From contig CAYGKO010000003.1 in NCBI GenBank assembly GCA_964350735.1, positions 1 to 50,451 of the forward strand: a stretch of 50,451 nt of DNA. The letters run 5' to 3'. Shown here one piece after another: positions 1 to 8,980 of this stretch. Made by a program: the position numbers and the translations under genes. The notes below the pieces were generated by a model that saw only the letters and a list, made by a program, of their open reading frames with translations, did no database searches and was not told where the DNA came from. Each line of letters begins with the position of its first letter. Position 1 is the stretch's first letter. Source of the DNA: an uncultured Candidatus Saccharibacteria bacterium. Its GTDB lineage: Bacteria; Patescibacteriota; Minisyncoccia; Phycocordibacterales; UBA918.

Positions 1-1574
1 CCTGGCTCGTGGGCGCGGATTTGTTTATAAGAGACAGGAGGTGGGGGTGGGCAGGAAACGCCAGAAAGAGTTTGTTGAATACCGTACTCTCCAGCGGCAC
101 TACGCGCGTGTACCCAAACTGTATATGGTACACCAGGAGTCACATTAATAGTGTATGAAGTGCCCGGAACATTATTGTTCCATAGCGACTGATCATCGTT
201 GCTTGAATCTCCATCGTTAGCGTCGGCTGTCGTCAAGACCCGGAAGTAATAGCCGGATGTGCCGTACCCTGGAGTTGAAGCATTCCAAGTCAATGTCATT
301 TGGGTACCGGCGGCGTTACAGGAAGGAGTCAGCCCCGTGAGTGTCTCTGGAACGATAAAGTAGTACCAAGGGGACACATTGTTAGCCAGATTAGTGTCCC
401 CAGGATAGTACCCAGCAGCACCATTGTACTGCCGAGCCCGAACTTGGTGATACCCCGCTGGAATACTCAGGGTCCGCGTTGAAGAAATAGCTTGAGTCCC
501 CCCAGCTGGAACATTGCTACCGGTATCAACATCATTACCTCCCGGCCCTGGCATATAGGCGTTTAAGCCGCTAGAAATATTATAGTTATAATCGACTTCG
601 AACCGATATCCATACGGACCACTAGCACCGCTGCCTAAGTTGCTCATGACAGTGTTAAACGTCCACGGACGTGAGCCAGTGTAATTCGCTCCACCTACCT
701 TAGTTGGAGTACTCGGAGCAAGGTCTACAGTAGGTGACGGTGGGGGTGCACTGGAGCGAGAAGCACTACAACTTGCGGTACCGCCGGTTCCGGCACACGT
801 CCAAGAATCTGAAGAGCCTGCTGCTGGGAAGGCAAAGCCTGAAGCAGTGCCGGCGCTACAAGCGGTATAGCTTCCGTAACTAGTATCTGTATATGAAAAA
901 GTCCGGCCATTAGCAGTCCCACATGAACCCGGAACTGGAGACGGTGTATTATTGGTAATGCGTACCACATCAGTAGCAGTAAGGTTATAGTAACTACAAT
1001 TAACTCGGAAGTTTTTAGAACTTGCATCACCTGGCTCGACAACTGGAATATTGGTTTGTGCACGAGTACCATTACTTGTGAAATTTACTCCGTTACATAT
1101 AACCTTACTCGCATCCCAGTTACCAGTGTACGAACCTCCGTTAGTTCCTATAGCAGCATAATCCAACTGAATCACATCGCCTGTTTGCATACCCCGATCA
1201 TTCACACTATAGCCTGACCAACTACCACCACTATATTTACGACTTCTCAGCGTCACTGAAATTGAACAGCTGTTTACATACCGTGGGCCAAACCCACTTG
1301 GACAACTAAGGTCACCGTCTTTTCCAACAACATACCCATCAATACAATCGCGATGGATAATACTACAGCCACTGGCTGGCATCGCGTACCCACCGGCTTC
1401 GCCAAGTGGCGATAGTTCCAACAAACCCAATTCTACTGAAGCACTGGCCGGTTGTACTGCATCAACTTCAGCAGTAGCCGAAGTTACCTGGAAAAACAAA
1501 AATGACCCAACAGCAACTACTAGTGAAAATAGTACAACAACAAGATGATTTTTTTGTGAAAGCAAAAATGACAT
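1..1574 (-). CDS. Secreted Cys-rich surface protein with FN3-like module. The C-terminus runs off the left window edge. Absent from the supplied ORF track.
   Basis: Hand translation of the minus strand from ATG (1572-1574) stays open to position 1 (524 codons, checked line by line). It begins MSFLLSQKNHLVVVLFSLVVAVGSFLFFQVTSATAEV (signal/anchor). It contains a Cys module GSCGTANGRTFSY...SWTCAGTGGTASCSA, a Pro linker SSAPPPSPT, and an FN3-like stretch TLTWNASTPGYGTSGYYFRV...TSYTINVTPGVPYTVWVHARSAAGEYG. Confidence 0.75.
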   Translation of the reverse strand, partial: MSFLLSQKNHLVVVLFSLVVAVGSFLFFQVTSATAEVDAVQPASASVELGLLELSPLGEAGGYAMPASGCSIIHRDCIDGYVVGKDGDLSCPSGFGPRYVNSCSISVTLRSRKYSGGSWSGYSVNDRGMQTGDVIQLDYAAIGTNGGSYTGNWDASKVICNGVNFTSNGTRAQTNIPVVEPGDASSKNFRVNCSYYNLTATDVVRITNNTPSPVPGSCGTANGRTFSYTDTSYGSYTACSAGTASGFAFPAAGSSDSWTCAGTGGTASCSASRSSAPPPSPTVDLAPSTPTKVGGANYTGSRPWTFNTVMSNLGSGASGPYGYRFEVDYNYNISSGLNAYMPGPGGNDVDTGSNVPAGGTQAISSTRTLSIPAGYHQVRARQYNGAAGYYPGDTNLANNVSPWYYFIVPETLTGLTPSCNAAGTQMTLTWNASTPGYGTSGYYFRVLTTADANDGDSSNDDQSLWNNNVPGTSYTINVTPGVPYTVWVHARSAAGEYGIQQTLSGVSCPPPPPVSYKQIRAHEP

Positions 1575-1706
1575 AGGTACGATAATGAGCTTAGTTAGTA
1601 TATACAGTATGTCATATCTCAGCTCCGGGAGCGTACTTTATGCACAGTAAGCCTTGCCTCATTATCATCAATTCTAAAGTACGGTACACTAAACTTACGT
1701 GCCATT

Positions 1707-2819
1707 ATGTCTCAAAGAATTCTTGCCATTGATCAACTACGAGGTCTTTTAATAGTCAGCATGGTGTTTGATCATAGTCTCATATTCTTGGCCGGTGTAT
1801 CCTTCCTAGAAATTTGGTCCAACCCAATAACTCCCTACACCACCTACGCAAGCGCTCTCCCTCGAGTTTTTTCACATCTTGTAGCCCCGGGGTTTTTCCT
1901 CCTACTTGGAATTGGAGTTGCATTTTTAATAGCAAACCGAAGCAATCGTGGCTGGTCAAATAGAAAGATTAAGGCGTTACTCTTCCGCCGGGGTGTACTA
2001 CTGATTCTACTGCAATTTTTACTGATTAACCTAACCTGGAGCGCTAGTAATTCAGAATCATTATTCACAGCACTATATCAGTACTACACTGCCTTGCTCC
2101 ACCTCCAGTTACCTTCTTATTATATTGGTGTGTTCGTCTCGCTGGGTTTCAGTCTCAGTATCGCCGCACTCTGTATCGACTATAAAAACCGCACATTATT
2201 TGTTGCGGCAATACTTTCCTTCCTGATTTCAGCTGGTAGCATTTATTTTATAAGCTCCACCCCGAATACCTGGCCGATCTTACTGGGCTTACTTGCTATC
2301 CCAGGCGCCGCTGAGCCGTTCTATGTTTTGTACCCTGTATTTCCTTGGCTTGGTTTCACCTTTATCGGTATTATCTGTGGTCGATGGCTCCTGAAAAACC
2401 CCATCATCGCCTGTAAAAATTTTATCACCTTTGGACTTTTACTCTGTCTAGCCGGAGTAAGTCTACGCACACTAGGGGTCGGAAATTTTCCTTATAATGA
2501 GTACAGCGACCTGCTCACTTATTTGACACTGACCAAATATCCACCAAGTATCGTCTTCATTCTACTGACACTGGGTCTTAACCTGCTACTGCTGACTTTT
2601 TTTGTGAAACTAAAATCGTCGTACTGGATAAGCAGAATCCTTGCCACCTTTGGTACCGTTCCCTTGTTCGTGTACATAGCCCATCTATACCTACTATTAG
2701 CTGCTGCGCACTTATTCTCGAACACTAATTCCTTGTCTGACTCTGTATTGATTTGGATTTTAACATTACTGCTCTTATATCCACTGTGTCGCTACCGAGT
2801 GAAGCCTAAAACTACCTAA
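1707..2819 (+). CDS. Polytopic membrane protein, tentatively of the DUF1624 / heparan-alpha-glucosaminide N-acetyltransferase-like family
   Basis: 370-aa ORF made almost entirely of hydrophobic helices. The N-terminus ILAIDQLRGLLIVSMVFDHS resembles the RG...M..H opening of that family. The family call rests on motif memory only. Confidence 0.6.
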   Translation: MSQRILAIDQLRGLLIVSMVFDHSLIFLAGVSFLEIWSNPITPYTTYASALPRVFSHLVAPGFFLLLGIGVAFLIANRSNRGWSNRKIKALLFRRGVLLILLQFLLINLTWSASNSESLFTALYQYYTALLHLQLPSYYIGVFVSLGFSLSIAALCIDYKNRTLFVAAILSFLISAGSIYFISSTPNTWPILLGLLAIPGAAEPFYVLYPVFPWLGFTFIGIICGRWLLKNPIIACKNFITFGLLLCLAGVSLRTLGVGNFPYNEYSDLLTYLTLTKYPPSIVFILLTLGLNLLLLTFFVKLKSSYWISRILATFGTVPLFVYIAHLYLLLAAAHLFSNTNSLSDSVLIWILTLLLLYPLCRYRVKPKTT

Positions 2820-5071
2820 TATCCCCGCCACGCTTGTAAAATGTCTTCATCTTTCGCCTTATTCTCAGATAATCCTTGTGTTACAAACGGTAGAAACAAA
2901 TTACGCAAAGTGGCGCCACTGACTGCTCGGTCTAAAACATACAATGTCTCTAGCCGAGGACGATCGATTGTATTAAGAGGCTGATCAGACATCAAGCTCA
3001 TGTCGAACTTAAATAGTAACGTATATAAAAATTCTTCTGGTGGCATTACGGCAAAATAACGATGCAGTAACGCTTCAAAATAACCACCAGGGGCATCTAA
3101 CTGACTCCTAAATACTAAGGTGTCATTTCCACACGCAAATGCGTAATAACCATCATCGAGATACACGTACCAACATTCGGCAAAGACATCGTCAAGTGTC
3201 GCGAACATTATTTGCAACCCTTCAAGTCCCAAGCGATTATCGATCCAGCCAACAAATACCCCTTCTGGTTCCAGTCGATCACTTACTGCTTGAAACACAT
3301 CCTTCGTCCACAGCTTGTTGGCTGAAAAATATGCCGGGGTGGTGACGGTATTAACAATCAAGTCATACGTATCATTAGATGTTAGTAGTGTTACCAATGC
3401 ATCTTGAATAACCAGATCAACATGTGATTTTTGCAGCAACCTGTCATTAAGTGGCTCAAAATATCTTGCCGCTTCTTGCATGACCGGATTGATCTCTGCC
3501 ACAGTCACCTGATCGTAATGCCCTGCAACCGCAGCTGCCGTCACCCCGGTACCCAACCCAAATACGAGAGCTGACTCATGTTCTGCTGTGAGCCAAGCTC
3601 CCACTTCACCAACCGTCGCTTCGAGGAGGGGTGTCCGTGAATACTGATTAAAACGCAGTGACCGATACCCATTAAACAACAGCGTCGTTTCGTTACCTTC
3701 AGATACAATCGTTACATCATTGCCAAACTGGCGGTACTCAGTCACTGTCCTGACTGCATTATGATTTACTCCGGCTGCTACATATTCCGGCAACTCATGA
3801 TACGCTACATTACCTAGATATGTAGGCCATGCATGTACGGTCAAGATTGAAATCAAAACTAACAAACCACCTAAAAAAACTTCTTGGAATCCATGTCGCT
3901 TGTTGTACCAAATAGCTACGATATACACCACTCCCACAGCCACCAAACATACCACTGGAATAGCTACCCAAGAAAAAAGCCCGTAGGTGAACAGCAGAAA
4001 CCCGAGCGCATTACCGAGTGCTGCTATCGCTAAACATTTTTCGAGAGAAATCTTTTGATTCTGTGCAACCAAAGCAGGTACCGTAGCCCCAAATAAACTC
4101 ATGACCGGGAGAATGACTAATGCGACAAGTAGAAATTTTAACAATACCACTACAGCGAGGCTGAGCGGGACTGATTCATACCCTAACGCAAACACTTGCA
4201 CATATGACGCATACAGTACAGTTGTCAGAGCAAGCACAATTGGAAGCAGTGTAAGGAGCCGTGTAAGGGTCAACCGGAAACAGGAAACTACGGCCGTTCC
4301 CACCGCCACACTCAATAGCATCACTGATAAAATCAGGGCAAAATTTTCTTGCAGCGGTCCAATTGTCCGTTCCAGGGTCGCGATAATTGCTAGCTGGACT
4401 ACCCCACTTGCTACACTTAAGATCCCGAGCACTGCATAATCCACGCGACATTTTCTATCAACCGGTTCAAGAACAGTTCGCTGTGCTTCCAAAGGAGAAT
4501 CTATCCACGACAGTAGTCCGGCGATACAAAAGTTGACACCAGCAAAGACCAGTAGGCTAGTTGAGATACCAAGCGATCTAATCAGTAAATACTCAACCAC
4601 CAACACTGCCAGAGCTGCCCCAATGTTATATAATATATAGGTAAGAGTAAAACCCTCCTTCTTCAGACAATAAAACTGGATGTACTTAGTAAATAACGGT
4701 GTTGTAAAGCCGATTAAAAACGCTGGCAAAATCAGCGTAAGCATCGTAAAAAGGAGAAGGTTAATGGACTCAGTAAATGGAAGGGCTGCGGCCAACTGCG
4801 TGATCGTTAACCCCAGCCACTGCACTATAAAAAATACCAGGACTGCGTACAAACCAATTCCCAATTCAATATACTGCAACCGAGCTGTCTGATGACTAGA
4901 ACGATACGCTCCGACCGCCATACCGACAAAAAAGACAGTCAGCATGGCGCTCGCTACATAAAAAACACTCCCTATATACGATGTAAGGAGTCTAAAATAT
5001 AACAACTCGTAAGCGATACCGCTGACTCCCGAGAGGAGCGCCAGGGCTGGTAAAAAGCGATACATGTACAA
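2816..5071 (-). CDS. Fusion of a polytopic membrane domain with a spermidine-synthase-like SAM-fold domain
   Basis: 751-aa ORF. The first ~430 aa are serial TM helices. The C-terminal part has VFGLGTGVTAAAVAG (GxGxG), VTVAEINP and YDLIVNTVTTP, matching the spermidine synthase / class I methyltransferase pattern. Confidence 0.8.
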   Translation of the reverse strand: MYMYRFLPALALLSGVSGIAYELLYFRLLTSYIGSVFYVASAMLTVFFVGMAVGAYRSSHQTARLQYIELGIGLYAVLVFFIVQWLGLTITQLAAALPFTESINLLLFTMLTLILPAFLIGFTTPLFTKYIQFYCLKKEGFTLTYILYNIGAALAVLVVEYLLIRSLGISTSLLVFAGVNFCIAGLLSWIDSPLEAQRTVLEPVDRKCRVDYAVLGILSVASGVVQLAIIATLERTIGPLQENFALILSVMLLSVAVGTAVVSCFRLTLTRLLTLLPIVLALTTVLYASYVQVFALGYESVPLSLAVVVLLKFLLVALVILPVMSLFGATVPALVAQNQKISLEKCLAIAALGNALGFLLFTYGLFSWVAIPVVCLVAVGVVYIVAIWYNKRHGFQEVFLGGLLVLISILTVHAWPTYLGNVAYHELPEYVAAGVNHNAVRTVTEYRQFGNDVTIVSEGNETTLLFNGYRSLRFNQYSRTPLLEATVGEVGAWLTAEHESALVFGLGTGVTAAAVAGHYDQVTVAEINPVMQEAARYFEPLNDRLLQKSHVDLVIQDALVTLLTSNDTYDLIVNTVTTPAYFSANKLWTKDVFQAVSDRLEPEGVFVGWIDNRLGLEGLQIMFATLDDVFAECWYVYLDDGYYAFACGNDTLVFRSQLDAPGGYFEALLHRYFAVMPPEEFLYTLLFKFDMSLMSDQPLNTIDRPRLETLYVLDRAVSGATLRNLFLPFVTQGLSENKAKDEDILQAWRGY

Positions 5072-5107
5072 AGTATACCCTGAATAATCAGACGGAACTG
5101 TGTAAAT

Positions 5108-5950
5108 CTACTGCACAGAACCTTCTGCCAAAGCCCAATTTTTTTCAATTGCTACTCGAAATTCAGCCAATCCCTGCTCCCAACTAGCTGGATCATTTCC
5201 TGGATAGGAATCCCCCCATTGCTGCGGTGTGAGTGATGATGCTAGCGTACGAGCAAAATCAAAGTGCATCCTCGCCGATTCAGCATCACCGGTATTTAAC
5301 ATCGCCAGACCATACATATTATGCAACCAGGCATTATCAGAATCATACAACAGACCTTCTCCTAAAACCGGTATCATTTCTTGAAATTTACCTTGAGCAA
5401 AATATATCCAGGCTAAATCTACTCGCGGCCACGGTGCTTCGGGCTCATACTCAATAAAATCCTTAAACGCCTCTTCCGCGGCGGTCCAATCATCATCGCT
5501 GCCGGTCTTACGAGCACGATATCCATACACCAATCCCAACATATAGTTTGGATTAATTTCAGCTTCAGGAAATTCTTTTACTTGTGATTCAAAGTTTTCA
5601 GTTGCTTCGCTAAACCTGCCCAAGATAAAATTGACTCGCCCTAGCTGGTACCAAAGTGCCGGGTTAGCTTTCGAATCTTTTTCTACTGCCGCTTCATAAT
5701 AGTCTTTTGCTTTAAAAATGTCATAGGGCCCAGCCGGATCATCGTCATGATTAAAGTAGTACTCTCCTTTTTCAAACAATTCTACAGCTGAAAGTTCTAT
5801 CACATCTTCTGAAAAACTGGTTTCTTTTAGGGTAGTTTCAGCCAAATTATTTGTAGTCAAATAGACTAAGAGTAACCCGACTATAATAGAACCCATCACC
5901 ATCGTGACATAATCTTTTTGAGCTTTGAAAGCAGTAAAATACTTATTCAT
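5108..5950 (-). CDS. Membrane-anchored TPR-repeat protein
   Basis: 280-aa ORF with an N-terminal TM helix (VTMVMGSIIVGLLLVYL). TPR-like repeats follow (YYEAAVEKDSKANPALWYQLGRVNFILGRFSEATENF, AWIYFAQGKFQEMIPVL). Confidence 0.7.
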   Translation of the reverse strand: MNKYFTAFKAQKDYVTMVMGSIIVGLLLVYLTTNNLAETTLKETSFSEDVIELSAVELFEKGEYYFNHDDDPAGPYDIFKAKDYYEAAVEKDSKANPALWYQLGRVNFILGRFSEATENFESQVKEFPEAEINPNYMLGLVYGYRARKTGSDDDWTAAEEAFKDFIEYEPEAPWPRVDLAWIYFAQGKFQEMIPVLGEGLLYDSDNAWLHNMYGLAMLNTGDAESARMHFDFARTLASSLTPQQWGDSYPGNDPASWEQGLAEFRVAIEKNWALAEGSVQ

Positions 5951-5977
5951 GACTCATAGTATAACTACGTAACCTCA

Positions 5978-7324
5978 TTAGTCCACATTAGAATATTTCG
6001 GAAAATATTCTTCAACCAGAGCTTGAATTTCTGATCGATCTAGGTCCCATCCGAGAACAGTATTAAGTCGATCTTTGTAGACTGGATCAAATAATGACAG
6101 CGCCACCTGACTACGTAAGAAAATCAAATCCAAGTTAGTGTATGATCCGCTCACAAAGTTCGTATACGCTTTATTTTGTCGCTCTAAGAAAATAACAAAA
6201 TCTGCGTCACTGAGATATAACAATGAGTCTTCAGTAGAAAGCGGCAGTAAAGTTTCCGCAATCTCCGAACGTTCTGAAGCATCTGAGAACGACAAAGCCA
6301 GGAAAATTGCGTACTCAAGCACTGCCTGCTGGGCACGTTCAGTTTCAACAAACTGCGAATGCTCAAGGAGTGACTGATTAACTGAGCGAACCAGAGCTTC
6401 GTCAGTAAAGCCGTAATACAAAGCCTTGTGTGTGAGCTGTGCCAAAGACATGTATGCTCTAAACAAAGAGTCATCATTAATAGCAAGTGCTTCAATTTGT
6501 CCATCTTCATACTGTGCAACTACTGCTAAGACTTGGCTTTGTAAATTTTGATATACCGCCTCAGCCTCAGCTGTGGTTAAAATACTAAGAATATCTGGTG
6601 TACAAGCACCTGTTTCCGAATCAAATGCATCACGACAACTTTTAAAGAAGGCGTCGTAGATAACAAAGTCACGAGTCAAAGCAGTATTTACATGCGTCAT
6701 GTCGTACTCAATCGGTGCATCATACGGACCTCGAGCCGATAATTCTAGCAAATCAGCATAGGCCTTTTCATGGTCTGCCAATGACATGCTGGTAAAATCG
6801 TCAAATTCAATATCAATAATCTTTGGTTCCTCAGTAAAAATAACCGAAAAAACATCCTGACTATAGTTGCTGTCGGCGTATACGACAGCAAGCATCCGGA
6901 CGTAATTCGACTTGAAGAATGTTCCTTCGTCGGAATATCGTTCATTAGCGACAGCATTTTTGTAATCACGAGCGGCATTTAGGTAGTCTTTCATTTCGTA
7001 GGCAGACACAGCTGCTCTACCTTCAACCATAAGGGCAGCGTCTTCATTCAGATTTGAATCTTGTGCGGCTTGCAAAAACAACTTACGAGCTCGAGAGTAG
7101 TCTCCTTCAGCAAAGGCGAAGGATGCCTCGACGTAAGCTTCATTAGCGCCAAGATCTGGATAGAAGCCCACGTACTGCACGATCCGTGGATCATACTCAG
7201 AAACTTGAGTCTCACTATCACTCAGTAAGGTCGTACTAAATAGTGAATACCCGTAATACAACACAACTACCAAGAGCACCAAAACGATGATTCCTAAAAG
7301 CGTATTTTGGAGCGATTTGTTCAT
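5978..7324 (-). CDS. Membrane-anchored hypothetical protein with a TPR-like N-terminal region
   Basis: The track ORF is 5978..7462. I prefer the ATG at 7322-7324 (MNKSLQNTLLGIIVLVLLVVVLYYGY, a TM anchor). The 46 upstream codons look non-coding and overlap the small ORF at 7341..7517. A TPR-like segment is AEGDYSRARKLFLQAAQ. Confidence 0.65.
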   Translation of the reverse strand: MNKSLQNTLLGIIVLVLLVVVLYYGYSLFSTTLLSDSETQVSEYDPRIVQYVGFYPDLGANEAYVEASFAFAEGDYSRARKLFLQAAQDSNLNEDAALMVEGRAAVSAYEMKDYLNAARDYKNAVANERYSDEGTFFKSNYVRMLAVVYADSNYSQDVFSVIFTEEPKIIDIEFDDFTSMSLADHEKAYADLLELSARGPYDAPIEYDMTHVNTALTRDFVIYDAFFKSCRDAFDSETGACTPDILSILTTAEAEAVYQNLQSQVLAVVAQYEDGQIEALAINDDSLFRAYMSLAQLTHKALYYGFTDEALVRSVNQSLLEHSQFVETERAQQAVLEYAIFLALSFSDASERSEIAETLLPLSTEDSLLYLSDADFVIFLERQNKAYTNFVSGSYTNLDLIFLRSQVALSLFDPVYKDRLNTVLGWDLDRSEIQALVEEYFPKYSNVD

Positions 7325-7340
7325 ATTACAACAAAAATAA

Positions 7341-7517
7341 TTAACAACTTCCTTCTGGATCAGCGCCAGGTGGTATAGGCGGAGGGTCGCCAGGCTTATA
7401 GTCTGCATGCGCAGACTCAGGACCAAACGACCATACGTCATGATCAGATTGACTAAAACCAAACAGAGCTAAGGCGGATAAACTTGCAACTAGTACTTTT
7501 TTAGAAAAATTCTTCAT
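7341..7517 (-). CDS. Unannotated 58-codon ORF encoding a small signal-peptide-like, Pro-rich peptide ending in Cys
   Basis: It runs from ATG 7515-7517 to TAA 7341-7343 and encodes MKNFSKKVLVASLSALALFGFSQSDHDVWSFGPESAHADYKPGDPPPIPPGADPEGSC. It is below the 60-aa track cutoff. It starts 56 nt after the YcaO stop and ends 16 nt before the next start. There is no clear Shine-Dalgarno site. Confidence 0.35.
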   Translation of the reverse strand: MKNFSKKVLVASLSALALFGFSQSDHDVWSFGPESAHADYKPGDPPPIPPGADPEGSC

Positions 7518-7573
7518 TACTAAAACTATATCACGCCAACCTTACTTACTAGGACCAGTGTGTGGATTGTTTT

Positions 7574-8980
7574 TTAAGGAAAGGGGTGGGGATCAGAATT
7601 CAAAACACTTGACTGTCGCAGTCGTTTTGACTGAGTCGGCAGCTTCGCTTCATTAAAGTACATCGGCAGTAACTCTGGTACCATCACTCGAACTGAATGG
7701 TACCCCAGCGTCTGTAAAACCGGCTGCTCAAACATCGCTACGTATACATCAGACACTTCAAATGACTGTTGGATATTTTTAATCACGAGCGTTCGCAATT
7801 CCAACTCATTCAGATCACTGATTGCTTCGTGCTTTGCCGCTACAGTGGCCAGGTCCAACTTTGGACCGGAAAGTAACCAATCGATGTTATGCACATTACA
7901 TACATTGCTCCAGATCCGCATACGATCCACCACCGTGGCTGGAGACTTGAACGAATCAGCCGCGATTGGGACCACTTCGCGGTAGGAGCCAATTGTTTCG
8001 AGTTGCCATAGCCTGATACCTAAAAATTCTTTGATGGACTGAGTCATCGCAGCGTTAATTGTGCTGCCAGTGCCCGCAGTGACCGTAATAGCCGGACCAT
8101 CGCCACTCACATCTACCGCCATCAATGCGATCGTCGGTAGCTGCGACTGATTCGTAATATCAAGCAGCTGTAGCGTAACTCCCTTTTTTTTATAATGCTC
8201 AATCACTGCCGTTGTCTCTGCGTCCACAATCGTATCAGTCGCAATCTGTTCTGGCACTGTCTTAGTCAACCAGGTATGTAAAAAGGCGTCTCGTTCCAAT
8301 AACTCAAATAAGCCTCTCGTAATAGCTCCCGACTGAGTAAAGTACCCGGCGCTCCCAGCGGTATTAACGTCACGCAACACCGGCTCGTTCGTCAAAAAAC
8401 GATAATTCCACCGTGTGAGCTGAGCTGGCATGTAAACCGACTGATTACCAAGGAGCGACTTGACCCGCTCCCAACGAAACACTGACTCTGCAAGATCTGC
8501 CGGACCATCAAGTGTCATGCACTCCCGCGGCAAAACGTGATTAATACCCTGCGCCTGCAATTGAACACTGCTCGCTTTAATAAATTGCTCATCTTGATAC
8601 GCCGATTGCGGCTGCCGCTCCAACAATTCCCCCACGCTCTTTGACAATGCCTCTTCTAAATCAAAACTCACCCCTCTACTATAACCACCTAAAAAATTAA
8701 CCTTCCCGGCCGTCTCTTGTGCATCGGCCTTGGCGAACAATCGTATTGGCCAAAACGTAAACTCTCCGGCAGGTACCTGCTCAAACACAAAACGGGGCAC
8801 CTTCAGGAGCCTTTTTTTATACAGATACTGCACCACTGACTGCCACAAATACGGCACTGGGTAATCTTCATTATGTGAAGCAAACATTGTCTTTGACCGT
8901 AACTCATCACCACTCAATAGCCGTATACTGATCCCGTACAGTATTTTTGTTATCACTGAAATGGGCGCTTTAAATTTCAT
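7574..8980 (-). CDS. YcaO-domain protein (ATP-dependent amide-backbone activating enzyme family) with a C-terminal PxPxP motif
   Basis: 468-aa ORF with GGYSRGVSFDLEEALSKSVGELLER and SAGYFTQSGAITRGLFELLERDAFLHTW. The C-terminus is ...NSDPHPFP. The start codon overlaps the upstream gene's stop by 11 nt. Confidence 0.85.
   Translation of the reverse strand: MKFKAPISVITKILYGISIRLLSGDELRSKTMFASHNEDYPVPYLWQSVVQYLYKKRLLKVPRFVFEQVPAGEFTFWPIRLFAKADAQETAGKVNFLGGYSRGVSFDLEEALSKSVGELLERQPQSAYQDEQFIKASSVQLQAQGINHVLPRECMTLDGPADLAESVFRWERVKSLLGNQSVYMPAQLTRWNYRFLTNEPVLRDVNTAGSAGYFTQSGAITRGLFELLERDAFLHTWLTKTVPEQIATDTIVDAETTAVIEHYKKKGVTLQLLDITNQSQLPTIALMAVDVSGDGPAITVTAGTGSTINAAMTQSIKEFLGIRLWQLETIGSYREVVPIAADSFKSPATVVDRMRIWSNVCNVHNIDWLLSGPKLDLATVAAKHEAISDLNELELRTLVIKNIQQSFEVSDVYVAMFEQPVLQTLGYHSVRVMVPELLPMYFNEAKLPTQSKRLRQSSVLNSDPHPFP

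Noticed and set aside
2816-2819. 4-nt overlaps of convergent stop codons (CTAA at 2816-2819, and likewise TTAG at 24441-24444)
   Set aside because: These are real but common in compact genomes. They carry no specific functional implication beyond the lack of an intervening terminator.
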